Origin: Amoeboaphelidium protococcarum X5
Taxonomy: Eukaryota; Fungi; Aphelidiomycota
Length of the DNA stretch: 64,000 bases
NCBI GenBank assembly: GCA_023515725.1
Contig: JALDTO010000266.1
Coordinates: forward strand, 444,708-508,707
Direction: 5' to 3'
Shown here: piece by piece, positions 24,609 through 37,204 of the stretch
Position numbering within the stretch: the stretch's first letter is position 1
How the letters are laid out: each line of letters opens with the position of its first letter
Notes under the pieces: model-generated
What the model was told of the DNA's origin: nothing
Database searches by the model: none
Seen by the model: only the letters and a program-made list of their open reading frames with translations
Position numbers and translations under genes: made by a program

Positions 24609-26048
24609 TCATAATATTCCAGCATCTAATACCTATTTAACACTCATCTGATCGTATAAGGGGAGCTATGAGGAACTTCGATTCGCCAACGATGACCCAA
24701 AATGAGAGTAATAACAGTCTTTACCAAATGGACATTCATCTTCTCCAAAATTCCAATACTTGCATGGAATACCGGCAATCTTGGCGCGGTATTGCTCAAT
24801 AACAATAGCTCGGTTCTCCTTTGAATCGATCCAGTCAACACTGGGGGTAACGAACGGAGTCAGTACATCACAACTATCACTCAAAGGACATTGCTGAATA
24901 GCAGACACAGATGCTCCCTCTTGCAGTAATATGGCACGATGACTTCTAATGCACGGAATACAAAATGCATGTTCACACATCATTATGGCAAACTTTTTAT
25001 CAGGCCAAATCTTCTCGTCACACAACTAACACATAATCTACTGGTTAAGCTGCATCTAAGCCTTCTCTGCTCGAACTCTCTTGGTGCATTCTACAATGTG
25101 CTTACGCCGCTCATTGAAATCAGTTGGATGAAGACAGTTCTTATTACACAGTTCGCACTTCAAGCCATGAATGTATTTGCACTGGGAACCGAACTTACAT
25201 TAGGAATGCAGCTGGAATGGACACAGCTTGTTAGATCTTTCAACTGACTGAACATTCATATTATTCGCGCTATGAATCGTCAGTAGACTAAACGACTCAT
25301 CCATGCTGAACTGTTATTATTAAAACTACGTCTAACTTGTAGTTAAATCATCAGACTCACTAAGACCAGCGCCGCCGTCTTCATCATTCTAATCCATACA
25401 AGTATTAGATTCGCGTAACTGGGATAATGAACGCGGCTTACTCTCTGCAAAACTTAATCTTGACATTCTAGTGGGACTATTAGTATTCAAGTTCACATTA
25501 AACCAAGGGTCTCTGACAGCGGTGGAGTAAAAGAGAGAACTGGGTGAGATGGATCCACTCTGAGCTGAGCACTGCTCGCTACTCCATCTGAAGATATCAG
25601 GTAGACTTTTCTTACGGATCTCTATAGGCGCGGATGGATCTCTACACGATTAAGGGGATGGTAGGATTGGCACAGAGGTATTTGGACTGGACGGGAGGTG
25701 ATGAGGTAGCGAGCATTTATCTCCAAACTTGCAAGTTCCTTTAAGGTAGAAGGGGCACACACCATCCACAGTGGTCCAATTGTCTAGCGAATGTGAAAAC
25801 GGACACTAATCACCAGCCTGGCACTTTCCGCTCTTAAAGAACTTGCAAGGCACCGATTTAAGATCTGTTGAGGAATACGCAGCACCGTGGCCATTATGAG
25901 AGGACAGCTTGAAGCCACCACCGCCAAACTCAGAGACTGTGGATATTGACGCTCGTCGCCCTTTCTCTTTCATGCGATTATTTAACTTTTTGTGAGGAAA
26001 CATGGCATTTCTCGGCTAGCTATGAGGCTGCGGTTGAGAGAGCATCAT
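24609..26048 (-). CDS. Makorin-like CCCH zinc-finger/RING E3 ligase (479 aa)
   Basis: Tandem CCCH fingers (VPCKFFKSGKCQAGDQCPFSH), RING CQLC...CEHAFCIPC...CPL, and terminal IPCKYWNFGEDECPFGKDCYYSH. Confidence 0.87.
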
Positions 26049-26617
26049 TCAGTGATTAGACAATGCCCAGGACTTGCAGATCTACCGTGCGATGATTGTT
26101 TGGATTTCGACCACAGTTCAAACAAGTCAAGAAACGACCTGTCGTCAGAGTAGCGCCGGTGATTCAATCGCTTAAAACGGTCAAAGGGACGGGCGCCGAT
26201 TTCCGATCACGCGACCTTGCTGTAATTACGGTAAACGAAGAGAGAATTCCTCTTCCATTTCGGTCAAAGCCTCTCTTTGGAAAAGCGAGAAAATTTGTAA
26301 AGGTCGACCTCAGTGGAATTCTCTTCCTTTTCACTATCAACACCAAGAGTGAAGCAATACTGAAGTACTTGATAAAAAATTAATTATTGCACTGAGAATC
26401 TGTTATGTATATCGTATCAGGTTCTCAACGGCAGCCATTTCATTCGCGTACCTATGATGATAATCATTTTTATCAGTTATCCCTTTCATAGTAAAATATA
26501 GAATTGTGATGAGAAATGATATCTGAGTACACGAAAATTCTAAAAAGCTTTGATATAATTACAATATATTGCAGACTTTTTTACACAAGTATATTACATC
26601 AATTACCGCCTAATTTT

Positions 26618-29600
26618 TCATTCTTTGACGGCTACATCAACCGCGTTTGGATTGATAGCAACAGTCTTGGTGCAATTGTTAGTCTTGTAAATACCAACCA
26701 AGCGATCAGCCAACTCAAACATGTTATTTCTCAGTGATATGATGACAAACTATGCATTCTTGGTCCTCTCTTTGATGTAATTAGCGATAATGGACACATT
26801 TCTGAAATCCAAAGCAGCGTCAATCTCATCCATAACGTACAGAGGAGTCGGCTTGAAATGATGTAGCGCAAATACCAGAGCCAGGGAGCTTAACGTCTTC
26901 TCACCACCGGACAAGTTTGATATATTTTTCCAGCTCTTCTTCGGAGGCATAACAGAAAACAGGATACCTTCACTGAATGGATCCAAGCTATCTACCAGCT
27001 CTAGCTCTGCGTTACCTCCCAACGTGATCATTTGGTACATTTCTTTCAATTTCAAACTGATCTTGCTGAACCCATCCATAAACTCTTCCAGTCGCCTCTT
27101 TCTCAGAGAATCAAATTCCAATTTTGCCCTGTCTCTTTCAGCAGTCGACTCTTCCAATTCTTTGATTCGCTATATGTAAGCATTGTTCCTTTCACGATAC
27201 TCTTCCAGAACGGTCAGGTTGGGCTTCATTTCAGAGAGACGCTCCTGCAATATGGCCAACTCGCGTTCCAATGGTTAAACAGCTGTTCCATCCAATGCAT
27301 CTTGATCAAATACCGGCAAGACCATAGACATCTCACTGTTTAACTTGGTCAGCTTGAGATTCTTCAACTGATCCTACCACTACTGTATTCTCTTCTGATT
27401 GTCTTGCACCGCTTTAGACCAGAGGCCAAGATTATTATCGATATCGACTTTTTGAGCCTTCAGCTTTGCCAAAGAATCATTCTGCTCATCCAATTACTGC
27501 TTAGACTGGTCCATTACACCTTTTAATTACTAAAGCTCAATTTTGGACTCCTCACAGTTCTTCTGCAATTCGTTAGCTTCCTCCATCTTAACCTTGACAC
27601 TGGTGTCGATCTCTGCCAGTTCAGCATCAATATCATTAAGCTCACCCGTCAGCTTATGAATACTCTTCAATAACTTTTATAAATTCTTCTCCGAGGTCTT
27701 CTTCTAGTTAGCTGAACGTGTAATGGCCTCTTCGCAAGACTTAATCTAATCCTCAATATCGTTGACTCTCAGATTTTAGCGACGCAACTCATCTCCACCA
27801 ACATCCATAATGCTTTACTGAATCTCGGCGACCTGATTCTAAAATACCTCAGCCTTTTACTCTAGCGCGGATTCCTCTTTCTGATACTTGACTAGTTTCT
27901 TTTCCAAAGCAGCAATCTCCTGACTAAAGTCCACCTGACTCTCACGCTTCCCACTCAGCTCTTGTAAAGACTACTCAATCGATAAGATGAGCTTCTCAGC
28001 AGCAGCAATATCACCATATAGCATTTATATTCTGTCCTGTGTTTGAGGCAGCGATACTTTCAACTGGTCCAATTCCAGTTCACAATCTTGAATCTCATTT
28101 ATGCAAAGTCTCAGCTCTTCATCGGTGGATCGTTTGATCTTTTCCAGCTTAGTCAGCTCCTCAGGTTTGACTTCTTCAACCACTTTACTACTCATTCCTC
28201 CACGAAGGATACGATTTCCACCACCGCTCATGGTACCAGCACGATCGATAACCTTACCGTCCAGAGTGACCACTTTCCAACGAGTTTTACCAAATGCTAC
28301 TCTATTCGCCTGATCTAAATCATCAGCTACAAGAGTATCACGGACAACATAATAGAATGCTCTTTTGAAATTCTTGTCCTTAGTTTTGATCAAGTCAATG
28401 AGACGAGGAACATTTTCAGGAGTGTCAAGACGCTCTTTGAACTAATCGGTTCTCTCAATGACAATAAACGATGCACGTCCTGCATTGCGCTACTTTAACA
28501 ACTTCACACAACGCTCGGCAGTTGAGACTTTATCCACGACAATCCACTTGAGCTTATCCATATAAGCTGAGCTAATTGCCACATCATACTTCTTGTCAAT
28601 TGTACCCAACTCACCGAGACGACCAAAGATACCAGGCAGTCGGCCACTATCTCGCTCATCAAGCAAAGTCTTCATCAATAAATCACGACTGGCAGCAGCT
28701 TACATACTAGCTTTAGCATTCTCGACACTTTGAGAACATTCAACATATGAGGCACGAATCTTTTCCTCGTTCTACTGCAACTCGGACAATTGTGACGACA
28801 ACTCCTTTTGCTTCTGAGAATCATTCGCCAGTCGCTGCTCCTGCATGAATAAATCTTGCTTCTTCTGATCGATTTCCGCTTTCTTCTAATCGAGTTCATT
28901 TTACAACAGATCTTTGCTCCTCTCACCTTCACCACTCTTTTCCTCCAATAGACGGAGTTGAGATTCCAAAAGCTTGATTTCAGAGCGCTTCTCATTCAGC
29001 TGATCATTCCAAGGAGTTAACTCGGCCTTCTTCTTGTCCAGCGCCAGCTGAAACTTCTCCGTCTTGCCCTTCAGAGAGTTACGAATCTTATCAAGTTCCT
29101 CCGTAGCTTTGGCCAGATTCTGTTGCAACTGCTCCAACTCAAGAGTCTTTTTCTCAACATCGCTATCATGATTGCCAAGCCAAATCTCACACTCAGACTT
29201 GGAATGACTGTCCTTCTCAATCGATTTCTCCAACTTCTTCTTCTTGTTCTTCAGATGGCGCTTCTTCTCTTCCATCTGAATATAATCCTTCTCAAAGGCA
29301 GCGAGTTGGTTGTTGGATAATGCAATCTTGGACTGCAAGGCGGTGTATTCCTTACTCTGGCTATCAAACTACTTTCCGATAGACTTGACCTCAATCTGAG
29401 CACCCTTCATCTAATTATCAATCTCTGTCATTTTCTGGCGAATCTCAGCAGTCTCTGTCTATGCCCGCTCCAATTCCACTTGAGCTTTGTAGATCCATAG
29501 CTACAGCACCTGATTCTTTATGCGAACAAGCTCGTTCTCTCCCTAAAGATAATCTTCAGCCTCATTCTTCTGTCCTTCCAAGCCTTTAACTTCGCCTTCA

Positions 29601-30351
29601 CTGATTCTAACTTTGTTCAACTTCTCAGCTCTAGCCTCCTCCATTTCATCCAACTTAAGCTATGCATCCTTGATAGGCTAGTTATAGCGACTTGTACCGA
29701 TTATATCTTCCAAGTACTCCAACAGACCATCTTCATGTTCACTCTGAGCTTTGGGTTTCATTTGAGAGATAGACTCAACTTCACCTTGTAAGATGAGGAA
29801 TCGCTTATGATCCAAATCAATACCACGCTCGCGTAATAGTGCAGTGACCTCAGTGTAAGAACTCGTCTTACCATTAATCGTGTACTTGCTAGTGTTGGAG
29901 CGCGTAGCAGTTCTTGCAATTACAAGGTCAGTATCAGGCACAACATCGAATCTATCTGTTTGAGGATAGTCTGTAATCTCGTGAAAATGAACTTCAACAG
30001 AACAATAATCTAGCACGCCTTCACTAGCATCCGATGAGTGAATAAGTCCAGACAACTTCTCCTGTCTCATCTTCTTGGCTTTAAATCCAAAGACGAACAG
30101 CATAGCATCAATAACATTAGACTTTCCACTACATTACTTAGTTAGGATAGATGACTCAGATGCATTAGATTTGAAAATATAATACAATCTCACCTTCCAT
30201 TGGGACCAACTATGGATGTAAATGACTTGTGAAAAGGACCAATCTCGATTCTCCCCTTATAGGATTTAAAGTTCTCAAGCACCATCTTCTTAATGATAAG
30301 CCTTTAATACGGCTGATTATCCCCTTAATTCTGCTATTAATCAACTGTCAT
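26618..30351 (-). CDS. SMC4: Condensin subunit SMC4; intron 30129..30193
   Basis: ENFKSY...[42 protein letters not shown], hinge, [32 protein letters not shown]. Confidence 0.97.
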
Positions 30352-30468
30352 ACTGAATAATTTCAATGCTACAATGTAAGCAGTACCTAATACGCAAATA
30401 ATACAGTGAATAAAGTCAAAGGATTAAAGGAAAGTACAACGCTGAAACGGCGCTGAAACAGAATAGTT

Positions 30469-30479
30469 AAACGCGTCGC
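30469..30479 (-). promoter_or_regulatory. MCB-like element (GCGACGCGTTT on the sense strand) upstream of SMC4
   Basis: Contains ACGCGT. The identical 11-mer lies upstream of SPC24 at a similar distance. Confidence 0.5.
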
Positions 30480-30912
30480 GTCTGCCTGCTTTCTTCTACC
30501 GAGCAGAAGGAGATGAATTAAGTTGACGACCTGTTCCCGTGTGAGCATGAACGATCAACAGAAATCACAGCCGAACTAACGCGGCGTTGAGCGGTAGTTA
30601 CCCAAACTTGCCACAAATTAGTAACAGGAATGTTAATAGATATAAAGCAAGCCTGTTGATAGTCACCTACTGGATAAGGAATTGTCTCCTAAAATTACTG
30701 GCGCTTCATTCAACTTCCCCGTATCTTCATAGACTGAGAATGCTGTCCCAGTGAGTGATGCTCACTTGTTGGATAATGGTGGTTATATTGAAGACAATTC
30801 TCGGTAAAGAGTACGTGCATCCACCAATTCTGGTAATCAATATATAGACCAACATTTATAATAAAATCAAGATTAGAAATGAATCGAATAAATTTCAAGT
30901 GTTTTTAATTGT

Positions 30913-32112
30913 TCAAATCTAATATATTAATTTCATGTTGTCCTCAGCAGTCTCTTTTTATAACAGAATATCAAAGGTAGAGTCAACAAGTTTCTAAATG
31001 GTATCAGAGAGCTTACTTCCCGTCTGACCAAAGTCTGGAAAAGCATTTGCTTCCAGATACCACGCGTGCCAGTTGCTGTCCACCACAAAATCTAGGCCGA
31101 ACCATTCAAAAGCGTTATTATGAGGTTGGAATCCGATGGGATCATTCATAACTACTTTGAAGACGTCTGCAGTAATATCAGCGATTTACTTAGAGACAGA
31201 GTCAAACTTGGGCGCGTCTTCCGGGTGTAGAGATTTCAGTTACGACCACAACTTCACTTGGTTCTCCTCTACAAAATTTGCATCATCTTACTGAACGCAC
31301 GTATTTGTAATATGAGACTTTAGATCGCCATTGACTGGCTCATTGCTATACTCATTCAGGGCAAACAGTGCCAGAAATTCATTATACAGATATACTTGCA
31401 AACGTCCGACAGCCAACACATATACTCGCAAATGAAACTTTTTCTGTCCATTTACACCGAGAAGAGGATCTCTAATATAATCTTAGATGACCCATTCTTA
31501 TATATGGGACAAATTCCCATCTTCAGCTTCTTGAAATTAGGAATCGGCATCCTCATCATCTGATAATGAGTGCTCATAAACCTTTTCAATAAGATCGATC
31601 AAATCTTGTTCCTAACTGAGAATAGTAATTCCGGCCGCCTTATTCGCCAAAGATGGTTTAATAATAAACAGAGGCGATCCTTCACTATTCTACTCCAAAT
31701 CTCTTCTAACCTCCCAGCAGTCATCCATCATCTCGTCGTAATAGTCTGGATGATCCATCTAAAGAATGAATGTACGTGGTATATGGCGAGTAAGCACGGC
31801 ATCCTGATTCTTGACGGCCCATTGTTAGTATGCATACACAAAGTTGGCTTTCCTAATTAATGATTTTCTTATGGTAAAGCAGTTGACCATACACTCGGAA
31901 GTGTGCACAAGTTCGTGAGGGATTTTTTCATATTCTGCCCAGCAGATATCAGCATCGGCAATATTGGCGATCAAACCTTCAGAGTCGCATTGAGCAGTCG
32001 ATTCCGTAAGTCTATCATTTTGTTGAATCGATTTCAAAATCTTTTTATGCGTGTATGGGTCATCCATACTTACAATTACGCGACAAGGGACATCCAGCTC
32101 TACAGGCACCAT
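30913..32112 (-). CDS. Tubulin-tyrosine-ligase-family ATP-grasp protein (Pby1-like TTL domain, 399 aa)
   Basis: IRKSLIRK, FIIKPSLANKAAGI, WVIQDYI, KKFHLRVYVL, SHITNTC, FEWFGLDF, LEANAFPDF. Confidence 0.88.
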
Positions 32113-32183
32113 CTAAATCTATCTGATCTAATTGTATCTTGTTGGATGTTCAAATGTGAAATTTTTAATGTTTGGCAAAACTG

Positions 32184-32194
32184 GCGACGCGTTT
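32184..32194 (+). promoter_or_regulatory. MCB-like element (GCGACGCGTTT) upstream of SPC24
   Basis: Same 11-mer and same relative orientation as at SMC4, about 110 bp before the ATG. Confidence 0.5.
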
Positions 32195-32304
32195 CGTTTC
32201 AGAACTTTTCAAAGTGAATAGTTATCACTTTAACACCTAACGCACCTAAACTCTTTAATTCTTTAATTAACAGGATTAGAACAAATAGATATCTTTAATT
32301 AATT

Positions 32305-33004
32305 ATGGTGTAATAGTAATTGGAGCTGATCTAATAGCTGTCGGAGTAACTTCAACAATAGGAAGATCAGTCACTTTTGAAGCATTATAATGGCTAGCTT
32401 GAGAAGTTTGGATAAATGACTGTATTGCAAGTTGAGGAACTTAACAAATTGGTGTCTTATAAGGAGCAGACTAACCGTGAACTGTAGTCATAACTGAGGA
32501 ACTTGAACATTGATATCTAAGAATAAGATTTTGAAAAATAGGTTGGCATCCTGGCTGATAAGCGTTAATCCATTGAAAGAGAAATTGCCAAACTGAATGA
32601 TAGCATATAAAGAATGCTAAATGATAATGAGAGAACTGTTGGAGAAATCGAGTCAGTCAAGAACAAGTTGTCATCAGATCAAGTCGATGAAATAGAGTAA
32701 GTTTCACTTTTATATTACGTCGTTCATGTGCTAATTTACCACGGTGCAGATTGCGTTTGAAACTGTATCGCAGTCTCGGATTCAAATGGATGAAAGATGG
32801 TGACGAGCAATAGTTAAGAAAGTGCAGAATTAGTAAGCATCAACTTTATCAACCTGTTTTGCTTATTGCTGTTTAAATTAAATATATATTTATCGATGCT
32901 TTGTAGAGAATTCGAGTGGTGATGATGTACAGACTTTGAATGTAGAGGATACGGAGAGCAGTACTTTTGAGGTGACCACCAAGCTGTGGAACTTTGCCGA
33001 GTGA
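32305..33004 (+). CDS. SPC24: Ndc80-complex kinetochore subunit Spc24; two introns
   Basis: Coiled coil followed by LRLKLYRSLGF...DVQTLNVED...FEVTTKLW. Absent from the standard ORF track. Confidence 0.8.
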
Positions 33005-33273
33005 CCGGAAGAACAAGTGACGCGCCCATGAATCTGAAACAATGAAGGCTCGATTTTGATTGAGGCTTGGCGCGTTTCAACCAATCAGAGGTTACATCTT
33101 TGATCACTTGTTTCTATTTGTGTCGTGCCATGGTGCATCTAATCTCGATATTTAGATTTCAGCTATTTTCTTTTGATAATACACACAGCAAGTCTTTACC
33201 TATCTCTGGAAATATCTTCCCACTATTTTTGGAATATCATTCAATATAATCGCTTGAAAAGTTAGCTGTTATC

Positions 33274-34563
33274 ATGGTGAAATTTAGAAATGGAATATTT
33301 GCAAAAGCCTTCTATGTCTTATTAATTTGGGCGGTATTTTTGAGTGTGGTGAACGCGTAAAGAGGTGGATCTGAGGGTGATGGAGATGGTGGTAATGGTG
33401 GCGGCAATTCACCTGCACCTTCTCCGCCATCGCCTGCTCCTTCCCCGCCATCTCCTCCACCTAGTAGAGAGCCGCCTTCATCACCTGAGCCTCCATCGCC
33501 ACCTCCAAGTAGAGAGCCACCATCCTCTCCTCCTTCTCCTCCACCGTCTGAACCTCCGTCGCGTCCATCCCCTCCTAGTAGAAATCCTCCGCCTCCTACC
33601 AGGCCATCATCTCCTCCTCCATCATAGCCTTCTCCTCCTTCTGATAACAACAGGCCAAGTCCTTCACCAACGTAGCCTCCATCCTCACCTTCTACCTCAT
33701 CTGCCCCTTCCGACACTTCTCCTAGTGCAACCACTACTCCATTTGCTCCTCCAACCTCTAAAGCTAATGGTCCTTCAAGTGATCCTAATCTTGGCCGCAA
33801 TATTGGTATTGGTTTTGGTGTTGCCGTAGGTGCCATTTTTCTTATTGCCATCACGGTGTCTCAGTGTAGAAAGTCGCGTAAATCAAAGTCCAAATTGCCT
33901 CTGGATCAAATTTGGGATTTCAATAGATTGGTGAGCTCTGGAAACAGTGGTTCAAATGGTAATTACAATGAAAGATTAACTAGCATTTCTAGCCAAGGTT
34001 CAAGCGGATCAGGAAGGCCTCTCATGAGCCAGCAAGCAGCTGCTGGCAACTAGTAGTAGTCTTAATTCTCTCCTACGGACATGTCGCCATTTCCGCGTCG
34101 TCCATCTCCTACCGGTCAGAATGGAGGTGTCATTACTGGCGTCCCTCTGGATCGCTACTCCAGAGCCGTACCTTAATCCATGATGAGATTGGATTCTCCT
34201 CGAGATGACGTGTCAGATGTCACTAGTGGCACTGCAATGTCCGCAGCACTGCCAGAGCCTCTGTATCCTGCTCCACGAGAACCAGTACCATCAGCAGGTA
34301 GACCAAGTTTAGGTGGCTAGATGCCGTATGGAAGACCAAGCTACTCCCCACCCCGCGCACCCGCTCCTGTGATGCTGAACACTGATGGAATGTATGAGGA
34401 ATCCGAAGCTGATGATACTCTCCCTCGCATAGTCGAACATGAAAAATTTGTGCAACAGGATGGATACGGGAATAGAAGTCGTTTTGACAACCAAACATCC
34501 CCCATCTCATACCAGCCACCTAGAAGAATGATGCCATCCAGATATGGAAATGTAAAAGTGTGA
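33274..34563 (+). CDS. Type I membrane protein with Pro/Ser-rich ectodomain (429 aa)
   Basis: Signal peptide, SPPPS-type repeats, TM segment NIGIGFGVAVGAIFLIAITVS, basic stop-transfer, low-complexity cytoplasmic tail. Confidence 0.8.
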
Positions 34564-34616
34564 TCTCTGCTGATTTTAGTAAAATATATTATAATTTGTT
34601 AATTTAAATCGCTTAT

Positions 34617-35294
34617 TCACGTCTCAGCGGTGCCATTGCTAATACTCTATTCAACCTTAAGATGATTCTTCGGGACCAGCCCAGTCATACCATGAGATAA
34701 AGCAACCACCCAGCCATCTGCGCGTTCAAACAAGACTTCAATTTCATCTCCAATGGAAACTGACAGCTCATTTTCATCCACAGCCTCGAAATCATATTCA
34801 ACTACAAGTTTCTGCAACTTATGGTTCACAGGCATTGAATATACACCTAAATGCTCCCGATAGTGCGAGGGATACGCATAATCGATAATGACCGGGTTAT
34901 TAGGTGGAGTCATCAGAGCATGAATTCTAGTGTTAAGCTTAGTAACGATATCAACAGCAGAGTCATCTTCTGTCCACTCTTTGCCTTATATGTTCTTAAT
35001 GTCCACTTAATGAGTTTGCGATTCAACGATTATAAGCCCATCATGAGACCGAATGAACTTGGACACTATATCAGCAGTTAAATTAATAGTAGGCGGTGTA
35101 GAAGGATACTTTTCATCAAGGCTTATCACGACATAATCATTAATCTATCGTATGAGGAGAGATGTCAGTTGCACCTGCAAAGCAAAATCATTTTATTCAA
35201 CAGGTTTGAAAGGAAACAGTGTGCTCAATTCATGCAGGTCCATCTAAGCTTATCCCGCAGAACTCTCCATAAAATCTTCTTATGTCTATGACAT
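34617..35294 (-). CDS. SH3-domain protein, Nbp2/Skb5-like (225 aa)
   Basis: IIDYAYP...H motif before the SH3 domain VVEYDFEAVDENELSVSIGDEI...GWVVA...TGLVP. Confidence 0.75.
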
Positions 35295-35505
35295 TGTAAA
35301 CTAATTTTCAACTTGAAATAATTATCGAATAATATTGTGCAATATAGCTGCTCTTAAACAAAGGAAGAATTTTCGAATATTAAATTATCGTTTCAAAACA
35401 GTTGAAAGATTGGATACCTCTCAGAATCTCCCGAGTAATGCTCAGAAATGGTCGGTCAACAAAAGGATCCAACGCTCACTCAGTAAATAATCACGGAATT
35501 TGTAG

Positions 35506-36156
35506 TCAATTCTATTTCTTCACCGACGGCTAAATCTGAGCTAGCCATTAAAAGTCATTTACACGAGAAGGTTCTGTGAATTTAATGCCTTTTAGTGAGC
35601 CATCGCTGGATAATGTTTACTTGATCTATTTCAGAATGTCGGGTCCAAAGTTTGGCTTAGACAGGCTGAATTAACTCTTGCGCTTCTTATCAGCATTCAA
35701 CACCACTTTGACCGGGTGATCAGATTATAGAGACGATTTAATCTGCTTTATCTTTACATTTAAATCGTTTGCTCCAATAGATTCACTAATCTTGACTTCT
35801 TTCCACTTTCTAACCTTGTTCGCCACTGTGACGGTCGGTGATACGGAGCGAGGTGACACGTCGGCAGATTCTTAATCTTTAGTCTGTACTCTATACACTG
35901 ACACAATTTTCCCATCCATATTATGATTATCAGACACTTTAATGAGACTAGCTGCAGGTCCATATTCCCCAGACTATACAGCCTTTTATAAAATGGCGAG
36001 ATCACACAGACCATTGTTTTTACCAGTAGCATCAATGAACAAAACGCGTCCATCATGGACTTCTAGTGGCTTACTTGAATACGCTCTGAATTGATATGTG
36101 AATTTCGAATATGTAAACAAAGATTATCCCACAAAGATACGTTTATTCAACATCAT
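35506..36156 (-). CDS. Mitochondrial IF-3-like protein, second copy
   Basis: Mirror of 716..1366. Confidence 0.7.
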
Positions 36157-36867
36157 GCTCAAATATAATGGAACTAAATCAATCAATAATAACCCCAACG
36201 CAACGATACAATAAAGAGAAGACGGGTCCCCGCATCGAGAAACTAATCAGCGGAACGTTTCAATCTTCAAACAGCCATTTGTTCTTCTCGCTCTGTTTCG
36301 CAGCTTTCTTCTCTCTGAAACGTTTCATTTACCGTTTGCTTGGCTTCTTCACTTTTCCATCTTTGGTTTACTTTACAGATGCAGATTATTATTATTATTA
36401 TGAGTTGGTAACAGCGGGTACATTATTCATGCCGTCACTCGTCTGTTAATGTATCTCGGTATTTCGCTATGAGATCCATTCGTCGTAGTTGAAAAACGCG
36501 TTCATTTGCTTCATGGCGCCTTGGTTTTGACGTCTCTTGCCATTATGTTGTTGTAAAGATTGTTAAATGTCTGATACAGTCACTTGGGAATTGATCTACT
36601 ATGCAGGCTTTGATGCAGCACTTATATCAGACTTGAATTTATTAGTATGCGCGCCAAACGATGCAGTAACAACATAGTCTTGATATTGAATTTAGCTCTT
36701 ACCAGCATCTTGTTAAGACTATGAAGGTTCATGGTGATCTATTTTAGGCTATTCGGTATCCTTGTCTACAGCGCTTGGATTATCCCATGTTGTCTCGTTG
36801 GTCTATTTATTCCAGAAATAATAATCCCCCTCATTATCGTCCCATACAGCAGTCCATCCCGGAGGTA
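35506..36867. repeat. Right copy of the 1362-bp inverted duplication
   Basis: Reverse complement of 5..1366. Confidence 0.97.
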
Positions 36868-36907
36868 GATCGCCTTGGTATTATTGATCTTATGGTGTCT
36901 TGGACAT
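36260..36907 (-). CDS. WW-domain protein, complete copy (215 aa)
   Basis: MSKTPQDQQYQGDLPPGWTAVW... with an ATG at 36907. Confidence 0.85.
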
Positions 36908-37204
36908 TTTCAGAGCTTTTAACGCTGAAAGGAAAAGGAGAAACTAAACAATCAAAGGCGTTGAACTATCAGCAAATTTAACGCGTACTAATAATTGAAG
37001 CATAACCGAATAAACTTCTAATGGCTTAATTAAAAGCTGCTATGTAACTCTTTATCGAGTGCCAGTCTGAAATCAGGTAGGAATGAATACTCATGGAGAA
37101 AGCAATGAGGGAATGGCCAATCCCATGTGATTTGATCTTCACGCGATTCAAATCTTATCTTCACTGCAATAAAGTGGTGTCTATTAATTGTATCTTAAAC
37201 TAAA

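Noticed and set aside
33312-33854. Gly-rich 180-aa ORF on the minus strand
   Set aside because: Antisense shadow of the Pro/Ser-rich membrane protein, which has a signal peptide and TM helix.
5-36867. Giant TIR transposon (Polinton-like) defined by the inverted repeats
   Set aside because: The repeats consist of host genes, and no integrase, polB, capsid or DDE transposase lies inside.
36661-37086. 141-aa plus-strand frame under TAR=Gln
   Set aside because: Overlaps the WW gene antisense. With only one stop codon, spurious frames of this length are expected.
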